A stretch of 64,000 nucleotides of DNA from Paramoeba atlantica. Taxonomy: Eukaryota > Protista > Discosea. Under the pieces are notes generated by a model. That model was not told the origin of the DNA, did not search any database, and saw only the letters and a list, made by a program, of their open reading frames with translations. Positions 1-12,100 of this stretch are shown here, piece after piece. The stretch is taken from assembly GCA_977017575.1 (NCBI GenBank), contig CDRNVI010000012.1, positions 806,001 to 870,000 of the forward strand. Reading direction: 5' to 3'. The position numbers were made by a program, and so were the translations under genes. Position 1 is the stretch's first letter, and each line of letters begins with the position of its first letter.

Positions 1-713
1 GAAATCAACGACGAGAGTCTTCCACATACATTAAAAACAACTTGTAAGAAAACATTGTTGTAAGAGCTAAAGAAATATATCGCTGATATCCTGAATCTCA
101 TCCACTGCCTATATTTACTAGCTAAAGAATATTCGTATTATTGATGCAACTATCCGGATGTATATAGCGCGCAAACTATTTCAAAAGCATAATATAAAAA
201 TATAATACGTAGTGAAGGGGCTTTGCCCCCTGGCAAGCAGCCACTGGTTGGGGGCTGGTGGGAGGGCATCGCACACTAATAAAAATAACTTGTAAGAGAA
301 TGTAAGCTATAAAACTATACACAATCTACAGAAAGTTATAATTTAAAACATATTAAAAGATATAATAGAATTCATAATCAGAGATTATGTGCCTCGTAGG
401 GCCATTCGAGAAAAAGGAGTCTTTTCAAATTCGTATTTGCTCTCGTCTAAATTTCCTCTCGTAAACTATCAGAAATCAACGACGAGAGTCTTCCACATAC
501 ATTAAAAACAACTTGTAAGAAAACATTGTTGTAAGAGCTAAAGAAATATATCGCTGATATCCCGAATCTCATCCACTGCCTATATTTACTAGCTAAAGAA
601 TATTCGTATTATTGATGCAACTATCCGGATGTATATAGCGCGCAAACTATTTCAAAAGCATAATATAAAAATATAATACGTAGTGAAGGGGCTTTGCCCC
701 CTGGCACGCAGCC
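1..713 (-). repeat. Split direct repeat 3' terminus of YR element 1 (B2 = 1-242, A = 243-471, B1 = 472-713)
   Basis: 1-242 and 472-713 are near-identical at offset 471 and lie directly downstream of the RNase H on the element strand. Confidence 0.9.
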
Positions 714-927
714 ACCACCCCGATCGCTCGTCTCCTCACAACATCCTGTCTCTCGTATATTAAATCGCTGCACGTTCCACATATAAAATTCCATTGCGAA
801 GCTGGCCAAGCTGCGAACGGAAGCTTGATAAACCTACATTTGATCATTCACTAAATACATATTATTATTATTTTTTTAAGAAGAAGAAGAAGCAATCATT
901 TTTTTTGTGTGTGTGTGTGTTTAATCT

Positions 928-2515
928 CTAAAAATTTCTGCTTATTGGGTCCGCTGGATTTAGTTTCGTAGAAATATAATGAGCTTGAATACATATTCCT
1001 TTATTCTTTAAACTCTGTAAAATGCTTTTCAATTCTTTCGCTATGCCATCAGACTTGCATATTTTCCGATTCAACGCTACTCGACAAGACGTATTATCAA
1101 TCCAAAGCTGAACGCAAGTCCCTTGCTCGAAATATTTTTGGAATTCTTCGAGGGCGAATCGCACCGCCGCCGCTTCTGATTTGTTAACTTCGTAGGTCCA
1201 TTCTGCTGGCCAAGGTGCGCCCAAAATCTTAACCTCTCCGCTATCCATGTACAGAATTGCTCCCCATCCTTTTGAGGAGGCGTCTGTAAAGAGTTTATGA
1301 CGCGGAGGTGCAGTGGCGGGGTGAGGGGGTGCTCTTATCGGCACGTTTTTAATCAAGTCGTCACGCCATTGAGCTAAGATCACACGAGTTTTCATGGGAA
1401 GATCCACGATTTTGTCCTTTGCAAAAGGATGTCGGTTCAAGTAATTAATACGTCGTTGTACTATTTTTATCGCAAAGTGATATTGCGGGATTACCACACC
1501 AAGTATCGAAGAGCAGTACAGTAGACGCCCCACCGCCGCCTCCAGCTCTAAGAAAGTGAGTCTCGAAAAAGTATCCCGTTTCAATTTGCTCACAACCTTC
1601 GGTCCCAAGCAGACCCGGCTTGATGCGTGATCAAATTTCACTCCGTTGAACACGTATTATTTCGTCGGAGGAACGTCCTGATCTTTAAATCGAGCTCCTG
1701 CCACTCGCGCACGCGAGTCAATAAAATAAACATACTCGTCTGCATGTTTTCTAGATCCGGAAAAACGAACTCCATCTATATAGATATCAGTAGAACCGTG
1801 TTGATACGACTGGGATTTTGAGCAATAATCTTTATTTCCTGCCAACGCTGCTGTCATGCAATGCATAATTTCAGGCGCACATCTGTGGCCCATGGGTAAA
1901 ACATTCATTTCGTATAATTGCCCATCTTCTGCACGAAACCGAAACTTTGCTCGGGATCGTAAGGGTAAGCCAACCTGGTCAAAACCACACATTAGATCAC
2001 GTTTTACCCCCACCTCAGCATTTACTGCGTATAAATAACGAGAAGGGTGTAGGAGAGGAACAGCTGGTTTGTAGTCCTTTAGGCGTAAATTGTCTGATCG
2101 TGTCCATGAAATAAAACGTCTTCTCTCTTTGCCCGCGTCGTCTTTTTCAAGGACAGTGAACGGAACCATATATTGCATGGTCGGGCGTCGTTTGGCTTCT
2201 TCGGTAGATACCTTCGATATGACTTTAGACCGAATCAATGCTGGAATGTCTCCTGGAGCCAATGCCGGTTTAATGCAAGGAGCGGACTCAGCTTTCTCGG
2301 GCAACTTGGTGAGTTCATCAAGAACGTACGTTAGCCTATCATTCTGTTGTTCCGTTAGCCACTTCCGTAATTTTTGAACATTCAACGTCGGAATATTATC
2401 CTTTGCATGCAAGGGGATATGGTAGTCGTCGGTTTTAGCTAATTTGGAACCGCCTTGGACATAAAATTGAATACGATTTAAGGAAAGGAACCTGCTCGTA
2501 AAACTCCTGAACCAT
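928..2515 (-). pseudogene. RT-RNase H ORF of YR element 1 (one frameshift near 2440, in-frame TAA at 1657-1659)
   Basis: RT motifs DLMCGFDQV, LPMGHRCAPE and YIDG. RNase H motifs LFTDASSKGWGA, EAAAV, WIDN and NPADPISR. ORFs 1657-2412 and 928-1653 are in the same frame, split by one stop. The ATG overlaps the YR stop (TGATG). Confidence 0.9.
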
Positions 2516-3692
2516 CACATTATCGATGCACCGGGGAGAAGTACTGACACCTTCTGAGTCCCTAACGCTCTTGCCGTAGTTATTTGGTTGGCGTTGTACC
2601 GCAGTAGACTTTCTACGTTCAAGTGCTTTGAGAGATTCATTACTTCCGATAAGTTGAGGTGGCCTTCTACTATTTCCTGAAATAGAAAGGTGATGGCTCC
2701 TCTCTTGATTGAGTGCGTGCCATATCCGTCGCCTAGGACGTCTCGAATATGGAGATCCATCTCCTGAACTGTCGCGGTGCTCATTCGTTGCCCTGGTCGC
2801 AGGCTGCTTACATACTGAGCTATTTGGTTTGTGCCCGGACCCGTGATGATCGCGTACATGTACGGTCGGTACGGATTTAGACGAGTGGTCTTCGTGAAAC
2901 GTCCCCAGTAGATTATTATTTCGTTCGAATTTACACTCAGAAATTGCTCCCTTCTTAGCTCGGCCGTTTCGGTCCAGCGTGACGCGGCTTTCCAGCATAG
3001 CAGGACCGTCATTGCTTGTGTTATCAACACAGGCGTGTGCCCAATTTTTGCAACATGGGAGGTGTTATCGGTTGCATTTGACGTGGTGGTTCCGTGCCCC
3101 CCTGGGCCTGAATCGCTTTTGTAAACAACTTCAACGGATTGCATTCCATCCCCATCAACGTGAAAACCGTGTGAAGAGCGCGAGCATAATTGAGGCGAGT
3201 TGACGGCGCGACGCGTAGAGTCTGGAGATACAAAATGGCGGTTGATGAATTCATCTCTCGGTGCTTCACGTGACAAAATTCGTTTACGTTTTTCCATAGG
3301 CGTGCTCTGTTGTTCCAAGTCGACTTTGCCCACATCGGCTGAATCGCTTCGGTCAGCTGGCCGGAGTCCGGATCGTCCGGATTTATCCTCAGAATTGCCT
3401 GAGTAATGTTTTGAACTTGGTCGTGGGATACATCGCGACTGTGTTCTCGTTTTAGTCCTCTGACTGTTTGCGAACCTGTGCGGTGCGCGACACGTGTTTG
3501 AGGTAAGACCCTTAGTGGAATCAGTCGTGTGCAAGGATGCATTTTGGTCTGTATTGGGATACGAGTAGTTTTGGGCACACTCCGGGCACTGATTTTGGGA
3601 AATTTGGGAGAGCACCTCACGAACGAGTTTTGCGAACTTTTCCACGATCTCTTCAATCCAATGACACGAGTAGTTTTTGGGGTGGGGAACAA
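2515..3692 (-). pseudogene. Tyrosine recombinase of YR element 1, frameshifted near 3030-3050
   Basis: N-terminal helical part (STWNNRARLW...TRLNYARAL) is in ORF 3024-3692. Catalytic R (ASRW), K (TKT), HxxR (HSIKR), H (SKH) and Y (LRY) are in ORF 2515-3645. Confidence 0.85.
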
Positions 3693-3695
3693 TCC

Positions 3696-4517
3696 CTAGT
3701 GGATTGTCCGTCTTTCGCTGCGCACCATTTGGTGGGAACGCGCAGCGCCACTCGCCACCCCCCTCTGAAAAATCTGAGTCAAAAGAGGACAGTTAGCACG
3801 TATATGACCTGGTTTACGACAATTATAGCAAACAGGGTTGGCACGGCGAGAAATACGAGTTTGCTTGAGCTGTTCCTCAAGCATCATTTTCCCAAATACG
3901 TCATTGGGGTCTTCCACTTGATGGAGGCGTTGTTGAACACGATCGACTGGCGCTCCAGCAGCTGCCCAATAGTGCGTGCGTAACTCCTCGATCAGCATGG
4001 TAGCGATAGCAACGAAATCTTCTGTCCAGGTGCCTAGCTCGCGCGCCGCATAAATTCATTTGGTGAGGATAGTAAACAAGCGCTCTCGGATTGGGGGAGG
4101 GTTGAAGCGAACACCTAATTGAGGAGCATCGCGCAATTCTCTGATCAATTCACGGGGCTTGAAGTCATCTTCAGAGTATATATACGATTTCCATGTCAAG
4201 GGGAAGATTACTGAAAATGCCTTGGGGTTTTCTACGCCCACTTCAGATTGGATAGGATCACTCACCCGTTGTCCACCCGGCATACGTGCTTGAACCTTGG
4301 CAAAACTGAGATCGTAATAGCTTATATCCGGGAAAGGAAACGAATATTCAATGTCAGGGTCATCGTCCCATCGCGCTTTAATCTCACTGTTCCAGAGCCT
4401 GGAATCTCTTCTGCGGTACAATGCCGATCCAGTGACGACTGGATACTGGCACTGGGAACGACTGGATACTGACGCACTGGCACTGGGAACGCACAAAGCA
4501 ACGCGCAAGTTGACCAT
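3696..4517 (-). pseudogene. Gag-like ORF with CCHC zinc knuckle, one in-frame TGA at 4056-4058
   Basis: CYNCRKPGHIRANC knuckle. ORFs 4056-4517 and 3696-3998 are in frame, with 19 sense codons between them. Confidence 0.75.
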
Positions 4518-4613
4518 CTGATTACGGAAGACAATCTTTTTATAAAATTTTTAGACGATATTCCTCAGGAGAAAGTTAAACATACGATTACTCGTACTCG
4601 ACGAACATCGAAA

Positions 4614-5693
4614 GTGGCTCTTCCATCCGATTATAATCTTCCGTTGCACGTGAAATCCGGAATACCCGACATGCAGGTTAATACTCTCAGACGAATGATG
4701 AACAGCGAAGCAGAACGCCGATTCGAAGAAACATGGGATACACTTGTTCGGCTACCGATTCTGTTCGGCTACGGCCGATTCGTGTTGGAGACAGGAGTTA
4801 TTTCACGGGTTGGATCCGAGGTAGTAAAGGCCAGACCTTCGATGGAGTGGGTGATTCCGTTCACGGTGGTGGAGCCAGCTGACGACGATTCGGAGCGACG
4901 TCGCTTTATAGCCTGGACCCGAGGCGATAATAATAGAATTCGCGAAGAGTACAAGCCTGAGGTTCCGGTTTGCCATGCTGCATATTACCTTCATCGGGTT
5001 CGAGACCAATGTGCTATTAAGCGGGATTTAGCGTGCGGATTTTGGCAGGTGAAGATACCGGTGGAATCGCGACAAAAATTTCGCTTCCGTGACGAGGAGG
5101 GCACATTATACGAAATGAATGTTATGCCCATGGGGCATCGTTGTGCCCCCGAGATAATGCACACCCTTACGGCCACCATTGGGGGTGACCCCCGATATTG
5201 TAATCGAGATGCGTCTTTTCCTGGAGGGGGTCTGGATGTTTACATTGACGGTATTCGTTTTGCGGGCGAGTTGTCTAAGGTGAATGAGTACGCGCGCTTC
5301 ATTGATCGTCGTGCTATCAATGTCAATGCTAAGTTTAAGGATCATGGCGACCCGCCAATGGATGTTTATACCTTTAATGGGGTTACCTTTTTTCACCGAG
5401 ATGGAAAGGTTAGTCTAGGGCCTAAGTTGACGCGACGATTGCAAAGTGATGATTTCTTAGCGGGAACCTATGGGTCTTTGGAGGCAGGCGTTGGGAGATT
5501 AATTTTTGCATCGGCCATCATGGGAATATGTATGCCAGAGTACCATTTGGAGTTGAAAATTGTTAGGCGCCGAATTTGTCGATTGAATCGCGAACCGAAT
5601 TTACTTGATGATAAGGTCCCATTACCGACATCTGTCAGGATACGTTTGATGGCGTGGAGAGATATATTGCTTTATCGTTCAGAATTGTCCTAA
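4614..5693 (+). pseudogene. Reverse transcriptase of YR element 2, cut at 5684 by the inversion
   Basis: DLACGFWQV, MPMGHRCAPE and YIDG motifs; colinear with the RT of element 1. Confidence 0.9.
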
Positions 5694-6270
5694 GTAAATA
5701 ATATTCATCAAGTAAATAAAACTAAATAACTACATGTCTTTCAACTTTTCTATCCTGACTATAATGATAACAAAAAATATATGGACGTCCACAAAACAAT
5801 ATTCAAACTTTCTCTCTCTTGCGAATGGGTAGTTCCCCGGCGGGGAGTGGTTTGGGGGATGGCGGGTGGGGCAACTTTCCTTTTGCGAGTGGAAAAAGGT
5901 TATAAGTCACTAGAGTAAAATAATGTATAGTATAGTATGCTAAAAGTATAATTACATGGTTCCCCCCGGAGGGGGCAAAATCAGGTACATATATGTATAT
6001 GTGCCCCGTAGGGCCACGGTCAAAGAATAAATATTTTCTTCAAGCAATTCTTTCCGTAAACTCTAAGAATTGCTCATCATAAAATCTTTGTACAAAATAT
6101 ATAAAGAATTGTCCTAAGTAAATAATATTCATCAAGTAAATAAAACTAAATAACTACATGTCTTTCAACTTTTCTATCCTGACTATAATGATAACAAAAA
6201 ATATATGGACGTCCACAAAACAAGATTCAAACTTTCTCTCTCTTGCGAATGGGTAGTTCCCCGGCGGGGA
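5681..6270 (-). repeat. Split direct repeat terminus of YR element 2 (5681-5846 equals 6105-6270; 6067-6100 is inverted at 7015-7048)
   Basis: 166-bp near-identical direct repeat at offset 424, plus a 34-bp inverted copy. Confidence 0.9.
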
Positions 6271-6575
6271 CCACCCACTCGCCAGTCTTCAAATCACCCA
6301 AACGCTAGTGACGGCAAGAAGAAACCCCAGATTGCCTACTATCTGAGAGCCTCCCCCTCGTCATCTCGTCTCCTCACTCACTCATTCCTCATACACATCA
6401 AAATCGCTCACATGTCCGTTCTGCTTGGTTATTGATTGCATGAAGTTTACGTCTCTCTCGTCTTCGTTATTTTTTTTTTTTGATTTTCAACGCTCAATAT
6501 CTTATTTTTATCCACTATACGTATCATATGCGCTTTCACAAATGGCGTAATTCAATCCTTCGAAAACAACATCTT

Positions 6576-6989
6576 TCAAAAATATCGACTGTAATGATCT
6601 GCTGGGTTCTCGGATGATCGTACGTACTCTGCTTTAACAGCTAAGCCGTTCTTGTTCAGAAAATGCAGTAAACGACGAAGCTCCTCGGTAATTCCATTTG
6701 ATTTTGAAACCTTTCTATTAACGGCGGCCACACACGAAGTATTATCAATGAACAAGTCCACACACGTATCTTTCTTAAAGTGAATTTGAAATTTCTCAAA
6801 GGCGAGTCGAACTGCCCGCGCTTCAGCTCTATTAACCTCGTAATTAAAATCCGCCGGCCACTGCGCCCCAGTGCAAAACATGGGTCCGTAATCAAGATAT
6901 AGGACCGCCCCCCATCCTACAGATGACGCATCCGTAAACAAAGTATGTTGATGGGGAACAGTATCTGGATGGCGAGGCGGTGTAACAGG
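6576..6989 (-). pseudogene. DIRS-type RNase H of YR element 2 (inverted relative to its RT)
   Basis: LFTDASSVGWGA, EARAV, FIDN and NPADHYSR motifs. Confidence 0.9.
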
Positions 6990-7048
6990 TTCACCTGTTA
7001 CAAAATATATAAACATATTTTGTACAAAGATTTTATGATGAGCAATTC

Positions 7049-8275
7049 GGTAAGTAGTTCTCGAGGTGTGCGGCAGGGGTCGCCGCTTTCCAGCCTTCTT
7101 TTCTGCACCTTCATGCAGCCAATGCTCGCAACATTGGCTATTGAATACCCAACGCTGAAAATTTTTGCCTATATCGATGACATAAATCTGGTGTCCGACG
7201 ACGCGGATCTTTTGACGAAAGCGTTCTACAGACTGTGGGACCTTTTGGGCGAGAGAGATGTACAACTCGCTAACAGAAAATGTGTGTGGTTTGGCGGGAG
7301 AGAAGGTAGAGAAATTCCAGAGACTCTAAAGATGGCCGGGGTGAATTCTGAGTCAGATGCCCTGAAAGCACTAGGGGCATACATCGGAGAAAATGAACGG
7401 GTCAGCAATCTTCTTTTAAGGAATCTTCGTAAGCATAAAACAATTTTTATAAGATTGCGGAGAATGGGAGCAAATAATGTCTCGTGCCTCATCCTGTCGA
7501 AATGCGTCAATGTGAGACAAAGATACCAGATTCGAACGCATGCGCCGGAGGCATCTGGAGAGATGGCGAAGGAATTTGACTCAGAGGTAGAAGACGTTCT
7601 GAAAGCATGGCTTGGTCCTTTGACATCCGATCAAGTCGAGTGGGCTCGTTTGCCGCTGTCGATGGGTGGTTTGGGCCTGTCTTCAACGGACTCTATCCGA
7701 GTGGCCGCATATGACGCTTCGCATCACGCAGCTTTAGAGCAGCAAAAAAAGTTTTCAGCTCAAGTCGCGACGTGCGATGCCTCAACAGTGGCCGCTGTAC
7801 CGGAAGAAGAGTCTGCGGAGAAAGCAGTACACAAGGCGATAAAAACGCGTCTGCGTGAAAACAAGAAAACTGCGCAGATAATGCAGGCAACTACTCGGAA
7901 AGGAAGCTACTCGTGGCTGCACGCGACCGAACGATTTATACCGACGCGACAATACACCCTAGCAGTGATGCCGAGGCTCGGTATCTGTCACCCGGAGCTC
8001 CCTTCATCCTTTCTCTGCACGGGCTGCAAAACGGAAATCAACGGCGAGACCGCTCTCACCCACGTGCCGGGATGCGTCAGATGCACCGGAACGAATTCGA
8101 CTACGAAGCACAATTGTCTGATTCGTTACATCTACGACCTTTGCATGAAGGCCGGTATCCCATGCGAGCGGGAGCCCCGTCAGTTTTCATCGTACACGTG
8201 CCTCGGGTGCTCGGAGGTAATTTCCGAAGAGCGAAAGAGGGAGCATGCAACAGCGTGCAAAGGCAGCGCGTTGCA
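7049..8275 (+). pseudogene. CRE-clade family A fragment A1: C-terminal half of RT, CCHC finger and start of RLE; truncated at both ends
   Basis: GVRQGSPLS, AYIDD, LGAYIG, LPLSMGGLGL and CTGC...H..GC...KHN motifs; stops just before RSGPD. Confidence 0.85.
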
Positions 8276-9110
8276 TCAAGCAACAAAGAGCTGACGTACG
8301 CAGACGCAGCCACACCCCCGCCAAAAGATCCTGAAACTCTTGATGAGCTCGTAATGCGCCCATTAAATCCGTCATCCATAATCATGGAAAATCTCCGTCG
8401 CAAACACACACAACAAGAGGTTCCAAGAGCTCAAAACGGTTACGAGAACGACGCTTCACGAGGGCAACATGGAAATCACCACGAGGCAACATTATCAAGC
8501 AGAGTCCCAATCGTCGAACATCTTAGCGCCGACATTGAGTTTACTCCATTTACGAAGGCAAACATACGATCCGAGGAGTTAAATAACGATGCTGAATTCC
8601 ACGAATGTGAGTCTCCGACGACTAACCGACCCAGCGAAACCCCATCTCCACCAAGCCCCATAGGCATTGCTGATGAACATCAGGGCGTGTCTGCTATAAC
8701 CTTTGACGGAAAGATCAACAGTGAAGATTTTGAGAACATCATCAAAACGATAAAACCGGAAACACAGTTCCCAATCCCCTCCATAGAAATTATCCAATCT
8801 CTCTCACATGTCAAAAAAGGATCGGTTTGCACTATTGCTTGGACCTTCGATCGGCAATCGAACCTTAACATCTCCGAAGGAATAGTCACAAGAACAAGTT
8901 GCAGAGCCAACAAAAAGAAACTCTCCGTTCAATACAAAGGTATTAAAGGTCACCATATGGGCGAAACATTCGACGGCTTTCTTCCGCCACAAGAAAACGT
9001 ACGGATTTATCACATACGTTGGCACCACGCACTACCAGAATCAGATGAGACTGGCATACACTCAGAAGTAGATTCCACATCCAACGAAACAGCATTTCAC
9101 ATACGTGATT
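8276..9110 (+). pseudogene. CRE family A N-terminal fragment (RPLNP, FHEC and beta-rich domain) fused behind A1
   Basis: Aligns by eye to the N-terminal third of ORF 10715-13954 (LMRPLNPS, FHECESP, CTIAWTFD...RIYHIRW). Confidence 0.75.
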
Positions 9111-9164
9111 GGCAAGGTGACGACGTCGACCACATTGACATCCATTTTGGGAATTTTCTTTACG

Positions 9165-12100
9165 TTTTTTTTTTTTTCATTTTTGTAAAGATTTCCTACT
9201 TCTTTTCCTAACTTTCCCACATCTTACCCACTTTTTCCCCATTCTCTTTACTCTTTCCTCCTCTTGCGTCTCGACTTTTTTTCCTACCCTAATTTATCCT
9301 GCCCTAATTTATCCTACCCTAAATTTATCCTACCCTAATTTTTCTTAAATCTCCCTTAGTTCGCCGTTCTACCTAGAATCAGAAGGAAATATTGTCCCCG
9401 TCCTCTTGTGCGACATATTTCCGGAGCTGGGAGAGACAGATTGCGCCGTTTATTTCTTGAAGGTGGAGTGTGAAGTCCCTTTGTATGGATTGCTGTTCAC
9501 GTCCACATTTCTCCGCCAAAATTTGCAACACTTCTTTAGTATTTGTGCGCATCGCCCCGCTCGAGAGGACCGGGAGGCATTTGAATTGCTCTTTCGGAAT
9601 CAGTTTCGACGCTACGTACCTGGTTTCCTTGCGTGTGATAGCATCGCGGAACGCCTTCTGCACTGACATCGATTTCATGGATGGGGCAAGATCGTGTACT
9701 ACTGTTAAATCGTAGAATATCGGGCCTGTAGCCCAATATATTACGAGGTCGGGTCCTGATCTTCGGAAAGTGCTGCCGTGACAAACCTTCGAGTGCTGCG
9801 ACTTCCTCTCCTCCTCGACTTCTGAATTGCATATTGAGCATATGTAAGCGGAGAACTCCCTAGGTTCTCGTCCACATGGAATGCCGGCCTTTTGACATAA
9901 ATCATATATGTATCTGGCCAGTGCATTGTGCTTCGTTGTGCTGTTGGTTCCTGAGCATCGCACACATCCAGGAATGTGTGTCAGAGCATTTTCCGGATCC
10001 AGAACAATTTTGCATCCGGGGCAGGAGAGAGCGGACGGAAGTTTCGGATGTTTAATTCCCAATCTTGGCATTACTGCAAGAGTATATTGCGGCGACAGTA
10101 TATAACGCTCCGTGGATTGCAGCCATTGATAGCTCCCTTTTTGACAGGTGGACGCCATGATGCGCGCAATTTTGGTGTTCTTGGACAGTTCTTTCTTAAT
10201 GGTCTCATTATGCTTCTTTTCCGTGGCGTTTTCTTCGTCCGGTGGGGCGTGGGTCTCTTTCAATATTTGCGGATATGTAGCTTGAGCAGAATAGATTTTT
10301 TTGTGCTCGAAAGCTTCATATCGCGAAGAATTGTAAGAGGCTTCCCTGAGTTTGTGCGTCGAAGGTAAACCCAATCCTCCCATCTTGAGGGGTAGTCTAG
10401 CCCATGCTATTTGTGTTTCGGAGAGCTTCCCGAACCATTTATGGAGCACGTTTTCCACCTCATCGTCGAACTCCCGTGTAAGGTTTTCTTGTACATGCAG
10501 GTTTGTGTGCTCTGATGTGGTAGCGGTGTCTCCCGTTGACGCATTTCGATAAGACCAGAGATGACACATTACTTGCTCCCATCTTTTTCAGCCGTCTGAA
10601 AATCGTTTTGTGCTTTCGCAGGCACTGCAATAATAGACTATTTACGGTTTCATCGTTACCAAAATATGCCCCCAGGGCTTTGAGTGCTGTCGTTTCTGTT
10701 CTCACCTTTGCATTTTATATCTCCTCTGGAATCTCCGTGCCCCTTGTCCCTTGGAACCATATGCATTTGTCATTGGACAGCTGTACATTTCTTTCGTCCA
10801 GTAGATCCCAGATCCGAAAGAAGGCTTTAGATAGCATCCCGGCGTCGTTAGATACCAAGTTAATATCGTCTATATAGGCACAAATTTTGATATCGGGAAA
10901 TTCCAGAGAAATTGTCGCGAGAACTGATTGTAAAAAGGCGCAAAAAATGAGGGTAGACAACGGCGATCCTTGGCGCACACCACAGGCGCTTTCTACGATT
11001 CCACACAGTTTACCATCCTTCCCGTAGTACAACAGCTCTGACTTTGACGAATATTCTGCAAAGAATAACCGTTGGAATGGGCGCAGCGTTGCGTATGATA
11101 GAAGCGATCGTGCCATTTCATCTCGTCTTGGAGAGTTAAACGCGTTTTTTAAATCTATCGACAGAATTGCCTTTCCTTGAGAATGCAGTTCTTGCAGATT
11201 GTGTATTATCCTCTCACAGCCCGATCTCGTTTGGACTCCAAACTGCCACGGTTCAAAAAGGGGGCCCAATGTGTGTTCATATCTCTGCAACATTACCACC
11301 TCCGCCAATTTTAGAAATAGCTCCCCAACTGCGACTGGACGGATGCCACCCCCGATCTTTTCTATCGCAATTAACCGCGCCCGTTTCAATCGACTCATTA
11401 CCTCTGTAGAGAGTAGACCGTTAATCAGATCTGCTATCATATGGCACAATGCCGAACAGCATATTTCATCGTCCAGTAGTAGACGAACGATGCAATCAGT
11501 TGTTCCGGAAGGCCCTGGAGCTGCTCCTTTCGCTAGTCTACGCCCCCCAGTCCTCAGCTCCTGGGTTGAAATAAAAGCAATGAGTGGAGCGTCGGCCGGC
11601 TGCTGAATGCTCGATTCCGAATTTGGGTGCAGGTCTCGCAGCTTTTTAAGGATTTCTTGATCCGACAATATGCTCGTTTGGTTTTCTTGGTCCAGAGCCT
11701 TGGTGGCTTTGGTGACACAACCTTCCAAAATAAGCCGCGTGGCTTTTTTAATTGCTCTATTGACTTTAGAATCTTCGTTTTGCTCTACATTGTGGGACAA
11801 AGGTTCGGGGAACGGTCGTCTCCGACGACGCTTCTTACTGGCCTCGCGAATCGTGGTCAAAGAGAACTTCATGGCGGACAGGACTCTGTTCCATACCTTA
11901 TTCCGATATTCGTAGGAACTGTCTGCATAGTCCCTCATCAGCTCGCGGTATATGGAGATAACACAAGGTATGAATTCCGCTTCAATGCTTTTACTAGTGG
12001 GCAAAGGTTCGAAATCTAGGTCGTTTTCAGTGTGATTCACCTTGGGTTGCGTAGACGTGGTCTTGCGATCGTCAGCTTTACTTTTTTCCGTTTTAGCAAG

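Larger units (their letters stand above)
1..4520 (-). mobile_element. Degenerate tyrosine-recombinase (DIRS-order, VIPER/TATE-like) retrotransposon copy 1: gag - YR - RT/RNase H - split direct repeats; 5' end truncated
   Basis: Order on the minus strand is CCHC gag, YR with catalytic residues, RT, DIRS-type RNase H, then a B-A-B direct-repeat terminus. The gag-YR-RT/RH order matches VIPER-type elements. Confidence 0.85.
4540..7048. mobile_element. Second, divergent VIPER/TATE-like YR retrotransposon fragment (RT, RNase H, split direct repeats) with an internal inversion of 5685-6989
   Basis: RT is on +, RNase H and terminal repeats are on -. Re-inverting restores YRSE-PVTPPRHPD and completes the last repeat with 7015-7048. 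Confidence 0.8.

Noticed and set aside
5681-5684. Idea that the YR element 2 inversion is recombinase auto-integration at the element terminus
   Set aside because: The terminal repeat continues for 34 bp beyond the other junction (7015-7048), so the breakpoint is about 38 nt inside the end and not at the attachment site.
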